Below are positions 1-9,853 of a stretch of DNA of 64,000 nucleotides, piece by piece (the first letter of the stretch is position 1; each line of letters starts with the position of its first letter). The stretch comes from Macrostomum lignano (Eukaryota), in contig NIVC01002905.1 of the NCBI GenBank assembly GCA_002269645.1, positions 1 through 64,000 of the forward strand, written 5' to 3'. A program made the translations under genes and the position numbers. The notes under the pieces are model-generated. The model was not told the DNA's origin, did not search any database, and was given only the letters and a program-made list of their open reading frames with translations.

Positions 1-3000
1 CAGATGGATAAGCTGTAAAATGCAGCGCCCTAGACCTAGGTGGTGAAGCAGGCCGTTTAAACAACTGGTTGATTGAGCAGGAGCAGGAGTTGGAGAGGAT
101 CTGTAGTATGATTAATACGAACGGCAGTGGCTGGACAATTAAACAAATTAATTTTCTAGACATCAACCTTGCCAGGTACAATCCAATTCGATTTCGCCAG
201 GGCAGAGCCGTTAGATTCAATCTTCCTGCCAGTTTGAAGAACAAAAAGGCTGTTATCAATCCACCGAGCACAGGCAAAGACTGTTTCCTGTACGCCTGTC
301 TCGCTGCACTGCACAGCGCCGATCCGAAAGTTCAGAAATCGCCCAACAGAATATCCTCTTACGATGAATGGTTGCGTGAGCTGGACTTTGCAGAAATCTC
401 CATGCCAGTGAGTGTCGCTGATATCGATCGCGTCGAGTCTAACAATCCAGGAATTTGCATTTCTGCGTTCTCTTGGCAGCAGGGCAGTGTGACTCTTCTC
501 CGTCGCCGCAAGCATGAGTCAGATGACCGAAGACACCTCATGCTTTTGCTAGTTAAAGACAGCTACGGATCGGAGCACTGGTGTGCAATTACTAATTTTG
601 ACAGGTTAATGAACAGTCGTAATGGTCCCGCCATGAGGAAGTGGTGCACGAAATGTTTAACATCATTTTATAGCAACGAGAGGCTTCAAGAGCACAGGAA
701 CGAATGCAGCATTACTGCAGAAAATCCTGTCAAAGAAACGCTTCCAGTTCCAGGACAGAATGAAATAAAGTTCCGAAACTGTCAAAACACTGTCAGTCCA
801 CCATTCGTTGCCTATGCCGACCTGGAAGCCATTTTGCGAGCGAACACAGACCCTGCTAACCTGATCTCAAAGCATGAACCATGTGCAGCAGCTTTTCTTG
901 CAGTGCCTCGTGAAGGCATGACAGGACCTCCGCTTAGGCCAGAAGGAGACATGTACAAGGTCTTTTGCAATGCGGACCCTGATGAGTGTATCCTTGGTTT
1001 TCTCAAATCTCTTGAAAGCCTGGCTCAGGATATATTTCACTGGAACCAGAAGCATAGCCACCAGCCGGCTGACCGATCATCCGCGACCGTCATGGATGAT
1101 TTCAATTCTGCTGAGGTATGTCACTACTGCAAGAAGAACTTTAAAAGTTCTACAGATAAACATTTTGACCACGATCATTTAAATGGACAGTACAAAGGTG
1201 CAGCATGTCAAGAATGCAACCTGCGAGCACAGCTCCGACGCCGGTTTCTGCCCCTGGTTTTTCACAACTTAGGCGGCTACGACCTTCATCTTCTACTTTC
1301 CACTGCGCTTGGGAGCATGAAAAATTGGAAACTTAGTGTTGTTCCGCAATCATCCGAGCGATACTTGTCACTAAGGGCGGAATTCCCTGTTGCAAGTTAC
1401 GTAAAGAACGGAAAAGTTGTGCCAATCATGTTTACAATTCAGTTCATCGACTCGCTCTGCTTTTTGAAGGAAGTTTGTCCAATTTGTTTGCTAATCTTCC
1501 CGAAGCTGAATGCAAGCTGACAATGCAAATGCTTGAGTCAAGACCACATCTTTCAAGAGAGCTACTTCGAAAAAAAGGGATTTTCCCATATGATTACCTC
1601 ACAGGATTTGAGATTCTCGAGCAGTCGGTTTTGCCGCCTAAAGATGCTTTTTTTAATCGACTTTCCGATCGGGGAATTTCCGACGACGACTACAATAGAG
1701 CAAGAGCGGCATGGGCGGCATTTCAATGCAAAAGTTTGAAGGATTATATGCTCGCCTATCTTGAAATGGATGTAAGGCAGCTGGCTGACATTTTCGAGAC
1801 ATTCCGACAGGCCAGTCTGAAAGAGGACGGATTGGATCCGGTACACTACTTTACTACTCCTGGTTTGTCTTACGACTCAGCTCTAAAGTCGACTGGAGTG
1901 GTTCTAGAGCAGCTGACTGATGCTGACATGTATCATCTGTTTGAGAAGGGAATACGAGGAGGCATGTCCTTCATTAATGTGCATTGCGTCAAAGGTAATA
2001 ATCCTAGCTTGCCAGGTTATGATGATCAGCAAGAGAGTGTAAGCCTCATGCCGATCGATATGAACAACTTGTATGGCTTTGCCCTGTCGCTTCCGCTTCC
2101 ATGCAGGGAATTCAGGTGGGTACCGGAACAGGAAATCCAGTTCTGGGACTCCAATCGGTTTCTGTCACTCAATCCAGAAGCCGAGATCGCCTACCTTGTT
2201 CAACTCGATCTAGAATACCCAGCTGAGATTCACGATTCGACTCAGGAGTTACCGTTTGCACCTGAAAAATCAAAACCACAGCCAGATCAATTCTCGCCGT
2301 ACATGGCCGAACTATGGAAAGAGATTGCTGAACAGCGAACTGGCAATGCTGAAGCTAAGTTTCAAGCAACGGAGAAGCTTCTACTCACCTGTACCGACAA
2401 GGATTCTTACGTAGTTCACAGCACCGTTTTAAGATTTTACCTGCAACACGGAATGCGGATCAAGTGCGTCAAAAAAATGATTTCGTTCAAGCAGGAAAAT
2501 ATTTTCGCGCCGTACATTGCCAGCAACAATGAAAAAAGAGCTTTGGCAACTTCCGAGTTTGCTAAGGATTTTTACAAATTGAAAAACAATTCTCTCTTTG
2601 GAAAAACTATGGAGAACGTTCGAAAAAGATGCGATGTTCGAATTTGCACTAACCAGACTCAAGCAGAAACTTGCGCCTCTCGACCAAACTGTGCCGCATT
2701 CTCGATTATCAATGAGTCGTTGAGCATTTTTCAGCTCAAAAAGATAAAGTCACGCTTGACAAGGCCATTTTCGTTGGCCAGGCAGTTCTCGATCTCTCTA
2801 AGATGGCCATGTACAGCCTACTATATGACAGGCTCCGACCGCTGTTCTGTCATTCAGACGGTTCCAGAGACATGATGCTTTGCGGAGGTGATACTGACTC
2901 ATTTTTTCTAGCTTTCAAGAATCATGATTTAACATCGGAGGTAATCCCGAAGCTTAGAGAGGAAAAAATACTTGACACATCCAACTATTCTCGAGACCAT

Positions 3001-3417
3001 CCGCATTTCTCTGAAGAGTTAAAAGGAAAGCTGGGCTGCGTTAAAGATGAATCTGCTGGTGGAATTTACCAGGAGTGGATTCTTTTGCGTCCAAAACTTT
3101 ATTCGTTTCTCCCTGCCGAGAATTCGAGTGCAAAGATCAAGAAAACTGCCAAAGGCGTGAAGCAGTCAGTAGTAAGACAGCAAATTTCGCATGCGAACTA
3201 TGTCGACGCGTTCGAGTCCAAGCAAGAGCAGATGGTTGCCATGACAGCGATTGTTTCCAAGAAACACGAAATCTTCACGTCGGTCATGGAGAAAAGAAGC
3301 CTATCGGTGTGGGAGGATAAGCGAGTGTGGCTTAGCAGTAATCGAAGCCTGCCCTACGGACACTATGCGCTGACGCCCGCATCCCACGATCAGCTGAAGC
3401 GCATCCGACTGGTCTAG
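1..3417 (+). CDS. polB: Protein-primed family B DNA polymerase with HNH/endonuclease VII-like Zn insertion; 5' end outside window; split by 1-nt frameshifts at ~1469-1470 and ~2738-2742 (possibly also ~10-11)
   Basis: ORFs 69-1520, 1475-2875 and 2803-3417 join into one protein. Motifs: GSGW..YNP, KKAVINP..DCF, CHYC..DHDHLNGQYKGAACQECN, exonuclease FHNLGGYD and FIDSL, IRGG, DMNNLYG (motif A), KLKNNSLFGKTMEN (motif B), GDTDS (motif C), LRPKLY, KTAKGV, EDKR. Confidence 0.93.
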
Positions 3418-3999
3418 TGCGGGTGTTTAACAGACTGTTTAGTACTTTTTCTTGCTTTTAGAGTTGTTTAAATTGCCAAATTCTGTTTTAAATGTAGTGA
3501 CTTGCATGTAGTAACTTTTACAAATTTGTATGCTTGGCTAATTGCGCTAGATTTAGCTGTCAATTTGTTTTTGCGGCGTGAAATATTGATATCAATTTAA
3601 GTTTTACTTTTTATAAAGCTGTGTGGCAAGTGCGCTCATACAATATTAATTCATTTTTGTTTGCTTTGTGTACTACTTGTTTAAAATGTGTTTTTGGTTT
3701 TTATCTGACACAAATTGTTCCTGTAAATTCAATCAGCGTTTTAATCATATTTTCTCTATCACTTTTCTATTTCTCTTCTCTCGGTGCACATCGTTTGTTA
3801 TAACGATGGTAGTATTGTTTACTTTCGGATTTGATATGCGTTTTGCGATACTTTTGGTGATGGGCTAAATACGTTTTTGAAGTGTTCCATAGCTGTCTGC
3901 CTGGGAAAATGAATGTAAAGAATACCAAGTTTATCCTTTTATTCACTTTTCACTAATCATTGAAATATTTGCGGCAAATTGCTTGACTTGACTTTATTT

Positions 4000-4572
4000 T
4001 TATTCAATGGAAAGAACTACATTGAGTAGACGCATGCTATCGGTATGCAACTGATTCAAGGACCGAGCTCCACTGAGAACAAAAGAGCCGCTGTGAAAAA
4101 GCAGACATTTACAAAAGTTTAAATTGAAAATTAAAGCAGAAAAGGATTCTGGTTCATATTCGGCGTTTGGGATAATTGATTTTAACATTAATAAGGAAAG
4201 TGCGGAATGAACTGGGAGCTGTCCATGAGCAGTAATAGTTTTAATTCGAACACAAATTGTTTGATGAGGCAGCAGTTGAGCCGGCACTCTCCGATGCAGC
4301 ATAGCCACGAAGCGACGGGCAGCCCTTTTGGCGTCTGCGTGGGTCTTGGCACCGCAGATGCTCAGTTGCCCAGTAGGGTAGAGTAGGAGAGTCACTCTGG
4401 GAATCCGCATCCGCTTGATGAGCACCCGGGGCCAGACGGGCCGGTAGATCACATGAGCCATGCTGAGAGCCAGTTCCCGTAGAGGCAGCTGAGCGCCCCT
4501 GCCACCATCCAGTCTCAGATCTACTCCGCCAACCAGATTGGTCACTCTTAGGGCTGTAGCTGGTGGGCTCAT
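4000..4572 (-). CDS. TATA-binding protein (TBP)-like, core domain only (~190 aa from ATG 4572), encoded inside the Polinton
   Basis: Two TBP repeats. Repeat 1: TNLVGGVDL..YRPVWPRVLIKRMRIPRVTLLLYPTGQLSICGAKTHADAKRAARRF. Repeat 2: AEYEPESFSALIF..CLLFHSGSFVLSGAR. These match TBP NIVST..[34 protein letters not shown] and YEPELFPGLIY..LLIFVSGKVVLTGAK. AATAAA overlaps the stop codon. Confidence 0.88.
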   Translation of the reverse strand: MSPPATALRVTNLVGGVDLRLDGGRGAQLPLRELALSMAHVIYRPVWPRVLIKRMRIPRVTLLLYPTGQLSICGAKTHADAKRAARRFVAMLHRRVPAQLLPHQTICVRIKTITAHGQLPVHSALSLLMLKSIIPNAEYEPESFSALIFNLNFCKCLLFHSGSFVLSGARSLNQLHTDSMRLLNVVLSIE

Positions 4573-5092
4573 TTCGATCGTCAACTTCTTCACCAAATCT
4601 GCTTCTGCCAACTTTACTGCTCGTGTGCCACGGACACTGCTCGCTTCTTAAGTTGATGCAGAACTTTGGCTTAAGCCAACTGTAGTGCAGCAACGAATTT
4701 CTCACTGCACAGCCAGTATCTGAATCTTCAGTCGAGGGTGCTCCCAAATCTTCTAGGTTATAAACCTGTCTTCCAAGCAGCTCAGTCAGAAAAATCGACT
4801 TCCTTTCCCCATTTGACCAGATCGGACCACTGGCAATGCTCAGAATGTCTTCCGCCAGTTCCATGTACGGACGGGTTCCATCATTCCACTTAAACTGGTG
4901 CAGACTCTTAGATAGCTGTCTGTAGTAAACTCGCATGTCAGGTGAGACTCTCTCCCATGGATACGGAGGTGCGTACACATGGTGAGCAATGTGGTAGCTC
5001 CCCGCTCTGATTTGAACAACTGCCAACTCCTTCACAACAAATTTTTTGCTTGTGCTGTTGCACGGGAATCCTTGGAAGTCAATGTAGTTCAT
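4241..5092 (-). CDS. DEDD/RNase H-fold exonuclease-like Maverick accessory protein; the recognisable domain is ~4670-5092 and the remainder overlaps the TBP ORF
   Basis: IDFQGF..FVVKELAV..YAPPYPW..HQFKWNDG..PY..NLEDLG..CAVRN..W pattern, as I recall from invertebrate Maverick accessory ORFs. Sequence after ~aa 140 looks like off-frame read-through. Confidence 0.6.
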   Translation of the reverse strand: MNYIDFQGFPCNSTSKKFVVKELAVVQIRAGSYHIAHHVYAPPYPWERVSPDMRVYYRQLSKSLHQFKWNDGTRPYMELAEDILSIASGPIWSNGERKSIFLTELLGRQVYNLEDLGAPSTEDSDTGCAVRNSLLHYSWLKPKFCINLRSEQCPWHTSSKVGRSRFGEEVDDRNEPTSYSPKSDQSGWRSRSETGWWQGRSAASTGTGSQHGSCDLPARLAPGAHQADADSQSDSPTLPYWATEHLRCQDPRRRQKGCPSLRGYAASESAGSTAASSNNLCSN

Positions 5093-5121
5093 GATGCAGC
5101 TTTCCTTCGAAAATTTCGGAG

Positions 5122-5814
5122 TCAGTCCACCTTCTTATATACTTTTCTGGCAGGCAATTTCAGCCAGGCTGTGTTGCTCCCGTACCCCTTGACTAGACTC
5201 TCCTGTTCTTTCTCCAGTTCACCCCCTCTGCTGGTTGCCATTTTCTTCTTAACTGATTTACCAACAGCGGAAAGCGGAACATTAAGCTTTTTCTGCTGCA
5301 GAAAATCGATGAACTCGTTCCACCCAACTGGTTCACGCTCACATGGCGAATCCCTCACTGTGTGCTGAATCAAGTCCAGTATGTTTGAGGAAGGGATTGA
5401 CGTGCCTGCGATTTCCACCTCCCCGTTTTCACAAACTCGAATCAGCTCTGGATTGGTGGACAGGATCGTCCACAGACTGCGAGCCCTGGTTTTGAATTTC
5501 TGTGGCACCGACTTGCTGATCTTCTCTTCCCAGGTGCTTATCTGGGGTGTCTCTGTTTTCATCAACTTGGCTTCAGTATTGCGTGCTCCTTCTTTTCCAG
5601 CGTGCTTGCGCTTGGCCAGCAAACTTTGCATTGCACTTTGGTACATGGCGGTTTTCACATCTTCTGGACAATCCTCGGCATACAAGATGTCATCGCATTT
5701 CTTCTGAGCCTGCTTCAAGTCAGCTTCAGTGGTAGTCTCATTTGGCTTCAAATTCTGCATCAACATCTCATACTCTGCTTTAGGAATCAGAACCATTTCT
5801 GAAAATTTGTTCAT
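5122..5814 (-). CDS. Conserved Polinton/adintovirus hypothetical protein (230 aa)
   Basis: MVLIP N-terminus and SVPQKFKTRARSL..GEVEIAGTSIPSSNILDLI..PVGWNEF pattern, which I recall from Polinton ORFs downstream of the ATPase. Co-oriented and overlapping with neighbours. Confidence 0.7.
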   Translation of the reverse strand: MNKFSEMVLIPKAEYEMLMQNLKPNETTTEADLKQAQKKCDDILYAEDCPEDVKTAMYQSAMQSLLAKRKHAGKEGARNTEAKLMKTETPQISTWEEKISKSVPQKFKTRARSLWTILSTNPELIRVCENGEVEIAGTSIPSSNILDLIQHTVRDSPCEREPVGWNEFIDFLQQKKLNVPLSAVGKSVKKKMATSRGGELEKEQESLVKGYGSNTAWLKLPARKVYKKVD

Positions 5815-6118
5815 TTTGCTTCTTCTTCTTTACCAGCTTAAGCAGAATCGGGAGTATTTTGATGAAGCCAGCCTTCAACAAGTCTGTCTTTCTTCTTTTG
5901 TGAGTAATTTTTCGAATTATCTCTTTTGACTTTGCAAGAACAGCTTTTTCATCGAGCGAAAACGATAGATTGTTTTGTAAGAGATTATGGCAGGCCTCGA
6001 CAAGAAAATAACGCACTTCTTTTGGACAATTTTTTATCAACAGCCGCTTGAAGCGCACGGTATATTTAGGTGACGCAAGAACCGCAAAAAGACTTGCATA
6101 TGAATCAAGCACTTCCAT
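5780..6118 (-). CDS. Small basic Polinton protein with C-terminal amphipathic helix (putative membrane-active virion protein)
   Basis: LLIKNCPKEVRYFLVEACHNLLQNNL..K..LAKSKEIIRKI..GFIKILPILLKLV pattern. Position between ATPase and the MVLIP gene. ATG at 6118. Confidence 0.65.
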   Translation of the reverse strand: MEVLDSYASLFAVLASPKYTVRFKRLLIKNCPKEVRYFLVEACHNLLQNNLSFSLDEKAVLAKSKEIIRKITHKRRKTDLLKAGFIKILPILLKLVKKKKQNEQIFRNGSDS

Positions 6119-6159
6119 TGCGATGAAAACAATAGCTGATAAAAACAAGCTTCACTTTC

Positions 6160-6839
6160 TTAAGCAAATACAAGATGGGGTCGCTGGTTGGGCAGAATTC
6201 TGGCCCGCACTCGCAGCTCATCGGGAGTTGATGGGTGAAAGTCTAGGAACAGGTAGGCTCCCCTGCCCTGCGCGGTCACGTGCTTGAACACTGACAGCAG
6301 AAAGCCGGGCTTCTCTGTAAAGCACTGCCTGCCCAGTGCTGCAATCTGCAGCTGGTCTCGGGGTTTTTCAAGATAGCTAAGTACATTACATTCAAGCTCA
6401 TTGTTCGCGACTCTTTTCCCTTGAAAAATATATTCTGAGTCAGCATCACCAAAAAGCACGGCAAGTGATGTGCGATTCCTGTGAAAAAATTTCGCATTGA
6501 AGCAGAGTTTGAAGTTTCCTCTATTAAGTCATCGAAAACAACCAGGTCATTGGGCCTAAGTGCTGCCTCGATGTTGGTGGGAAATCCCTGGCGCAGCTGC
6601 ACACCTAGGCTGTTCAGTTCTGCATGGCCTGCCTGTGAGATCCCATAGTACCACAGAACTCTGCCAGGCTTCACATCAAACATGACGTCTCTGTACTGGA
6701 TCAGGTGTTCGACAAAGGTTGTTTTTCCTGCATTGGTGGGCCCGCAGACAATCATGCAGCTTCCCTGCCTGAGGCGGATATCGTAGCAAACTTGCTTTTC
6801 TCCCATGTTTAATGCATAAATATTAGAAATCACGGACAT
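6160..6839 (-). CDS. A32/FtsK-like DNA packaging ATPase; 1-nt frameshift at 6360-6363
   Basis: Walker A GPTNAGKT, Walker B LVVFDD, LTQNIF, SRTMSLN. The C-terminus (KNPRDQLQI..YLFLDFHPSTPDELRVR) continues in ORF 6160-6459 after restoring one G. Confidence 0.92.
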
Positions 6840-7342
6840 CTTTTTCTTAAGTTGGCTTCAAACCTCTGTAAGATTCTATCATTCAAATGATTTTTCTCAT
6901 TAGCATGCAAATGCTTCAAAATCCCCTCAAATGACCGATTGAACAGAAACTTTTGATAAGCAAAATAGATGCAAAACATTCCGCATTTATTAGAGTTAGC
7001 ACATTGAACTCTGTTTATATTGCTTCGGAGCCAAAAGCCAGTTGTTTTAATCTCTCGAAACAAATTATAAACCAAAGATAAAATTTCAGGTTCCCAGCCG
7101 AGGGAGTTGAACAACTCAATGCGATTTCCTTGCCCAACATAGCACACCACCCAGTGACCAAATGAGCCATTGTGCTGAAGTAGGACAAAAACAAACTTGT
7201 TTTCAAAGGAAATTGATGATCTAAATTTTCTTTTTACATTCAAGGGCAGAGAATTTTTATAGCGCAAATGTAAAGTAACTATGAGAAATTTTTGGTAAGG
7301 CAAAAATTTTCTGGCGAGATTAAGTAGTTGAATTGCATCCAT
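6830..7342 (-). CDS. Adenain-like cysteine maturation protease
   Basis: GHWVVCY (His), IELFNSLG, RVQ (oxyanion Gln) and KCGMFCIYF (Cys) in adenain order and spacing. Confidence 0.88.
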   Translation of the reverse strand: MDAIQLLNLARKFLPYQKFLIVTLHLRYKNSLPLNVKRKFRSSISFENKFVFVLLQHNGSFGHWVVCYVGQGNRIELFNSLGWEPEILSLVYNLFREIKTTGFWLRSNINRVQCANSNKCGMFCIYFAYQKFLFNRSFEGILKHLHANEKNHLNDRILQRFEANLRKRCP

Positions 7343-7347
7343 GTCAA

Positions 7348-8630
7348 TTAAGAGGAATAGTCCAGCAAAAGCTCTCGGTGCTTGGTGACCTCAATCAGCG
7401 AGTCATACAGGCACATAGCAATCAGGGACACCGCTTCATTCAGAGCCTGTTGGAAGCGAATCTCCAGCCGCAGGTTGCCCTCCTTCTGTCCGTACCACAG
7501 AGCCGCTCCCTCGGGTGTGAGATCGAATGCAAACACCGTGGTGTTGTTGGAGAAGAGCTGGTAGGGGATCCACGGACCGAGTTTGTGTGGCTTGCAGATT
7601 GACAGCTTTTCAGGTAGTGCAAGTATTCTCTTACGAAGGAATTGTTTTCAGGTGTGAAGGCGCCGTGGCACACGGTTTCCCCACCTTTCTTTAGAGCCAA
7701 TCGGCTAAGGTTGAAGCTCTGGAACTGTAACGGGCTCGCGTGATGATGACCGTTGAATGCTCGGTGGCTCACGAAGGCCAGCATGATGAACTTCGGCAAT
7801 TTTCCATGAGTGAATCCTTCAATGTTTTTTGACTGAATACCCTGGGGTAGGATGAAGTTCTGCATTTCAGTTCGCTCGATGGGATACAGTGCATTTTGGT
7901 TTGTCAGCCCCTGCTCATGGGCCAGGCTGATGTGGGGCATCACTTTGACTCGGCGAAGATGCAGAATGCTGTGAGAGATTTCCATTCGGTATGCCGCGTT
8001 GTTTGCATTCGGGGTTCTGATGGCAAAGGCCCCATCGCTGGGGACCAGTTTGATGTGCAGGTGCAGATTGCTTAGCAGAAACACTGGGCACTGGAAAACA
8101 TCGCTGAAGAGCGGCCCCGCATACTCCATCCATTGGGATTCCCTGTGGCTCTCCGTGTGCTCTTCAGCTGCCGAGTTCGGCTCCAGGAAGCCAGCAGGGT
8201 AAAGTTTTAGTTGCTGGGCATCGGATGAGCTCATTAGTGCTTTGAAGTACGCATGGTAGGGATAGAGCTGGTCTCCACCAGACACCACTCGCTGGTTAAT
8301 GCTCACAATTACATCTGAGAAGGCTGTAGACAGAACAAAATTTTCTGGGTGCACGTCACTGTCTCTGCGCTCGGTGATGATGCCATCTCCATCTCGAACA
8401 TCCTCCCTCAGCAAACCCCCATCCAGTCTCACAAGGCGGCAGCGAATATAAAGAAAAGAATTAAGCAGATCTGTATATTCATCGGCAGATTGGTGGCAGT
8501 CAAATTCAATGGGAGAGTTTGCAACAATGGAATTAACTGGGTGAATATCAACATAAGTAGCTTTTTCAATGCAGGTTTGTAGAACGGGCGTCTTAAATAA
8601 ATCAAGTCTGGGATTGAATCCGTAAGCCAT
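7348..8630 (-). CDS. Double jelly-roll major capsid protein; 1-nt frameshift at ~7570-7590
   Basis: LDLFKTPVLQTCIE..HPVNS..PIEF..EYTDLLNSFLYIRCRL, LPKFIMLAFVSHRAFNG..PLQFQSFNL. The C-terminal VFAFDLTP..GNLRLEIRF..YDSLIEV..R is in ORF 7348-7536. Confidence 0.92.
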
Positions 8631-8632
8631 GT

Positions 8633-9010
8633 CTATGACAGAGAGTCGAGCACGCGTTTCACAGTTTTCTTGCTGACTTTTTGCTTTCGCTTTCCTCCGC
8701 CTGCTCTATTCTTCTTTGCTTTCGTCTTCCTATTCTTAAGCTTTTTCCCACTAGCCTTGCTCGACCTCTTACTGCGATTTCCACCAGTTGCCTTTCGGGT
8801 GCCCTTCTTTTTCTTCAATCGTTTCGGACTTGCTTCAGTATTTCTTTTGCGCCTGACGTTGCTAAGCGTCGAGGCTGATGATGATGATATAGCCGCTGGC
8901 GGAGGCTGGTATGTCATGATCCCTGGGAAGCTCCCACAGCCATAGAGTGCAGGCTTTTCGTGTCCTGTCCTCACCCCCGAATATTGCTGGATTAGCTGCT
9001 GGTAGTTCAT
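8633..9010 (-). CDS. Lys/Arg-rich putative genome-condensing core protein (~125 aa)
   Basis: ATG at 9010 overlaps the penton TGA (ATGA). The C-terminal half is strongly basic (RRKRN..KRLKKKKGTRK..KKLKNRKTKAKK). It lies between penton and MCP. Confidence 0.6.
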   Translation of the reverse strand: MNYQQLIQQYSGVRTGHEKPALYGCGSFPGIMTYQPPPAAISSSSASTLSNVRRKRNTEASPKRLKKKKGTRKATGGNRSKRSSKASGKKLKNRKTKAKKNRAGGGKRKQKVSKKTVKRVLDSLS

Positions 9011-9825
9011 TGAATGCGTTTCTCCTGAATTTGAACTGTAAGCAGAACAGGGCTGTGAGTCTGTGCAATCAGTGGGCAACCATAGATGTCCCGCAGCTGA
9101 ACTCGAATGCTGTGAAGAAGACTGATTCGTTGAATCGGGAAGAATATTGTTTTCTTAAATATTTTTGTTTGATAGTTGCCCCATTCAATGCCAGCTTTCA
9201 TTCCAACTGTTCTCAACAAGGAGCTCCAGTTGCAATTAGTTGACTCAACGATACTGCAGTGCACATTGATTAAGCTGGTGCGCGGGCAGCCAATGCAATG
9301 CTCGGATACGCGGCTCCCTGGCTGGATTTTCACAGCCTGGTTTCCAAATCCCAGCCAATGCAGAATTTTACTAGATGGAAGAAACAGCTCTGCTCTCGCA
9401 GTGTTGTTGTGCACCACAGTTCGTGAGTTGCGGATTTCGAACTTCATACCAAATTCCCTGTTGCCACTACGCCCCATCAGGCCGGACTCATCAGCCTCCA
9501 TCTCAGACTCCCTGTCACTCATTGCATCAAAGAACAGCGAATCAGAGTTGGCCAGCAGCTCATTCAGGCGCTCCACCAGCTCCTCCACTCTAGCAAAGCG
9601 TCCGGGTTGAAGAACCAGGGCCTCATGCTCTCTTCCATCTGAGACAGTGAAGCAGTAAGGCTCGTCAACATTGAACCATGCAGCAGGCAGATGGATTTCA
9701 GCCAGACCTGCCTCATAGTCCACATTTCGATCCAAGTAAATAGGTGAAGGCAGGTAAAAATTAAAGTCACTAGGAGTACCTTCAGCATGCTCACTGTTAA
9801 TCAAAATAGTTCGCATTATAATCAT
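9007..9825 (-). CDS. Minor capsid protein (penton, single jelly-roll)
   Basis: TPSDFNFYLPSPIYL..YEAGLAEI N-terminus; INVHCSIVE..LLRTV; IRVQLRDIYG..LLTVQI C-terminus. Confidence 0.85.
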   Translation of the reverse strand: MIIMRTILINSEHAEGTPSDFNFYLPSPIYLDRNVDYEAGLAEIHLPAAWFNVDEPYCFTVSDGREHEALVLQPGRFARVEELVERLNELLANSDSLFFDAMSDRESEMEADESGLMGRSGNREFGMKFEIRNSRTVVHNNTARAELFLPSSKILHWLGFGNQAVKIQPGSRVSEHCIGCPRTSLINVHCSIVESTNCNWSSLLRTVGMKAGIEWGNYQTKIFKKTIFFPIQRISLLHSIRVQLRDIYGCPLIAQTHSPVLLTVQIQEKRIQ

Positions 9826-9853
9826 AAACTACATGATGAGGGCTGTGCCAAAG

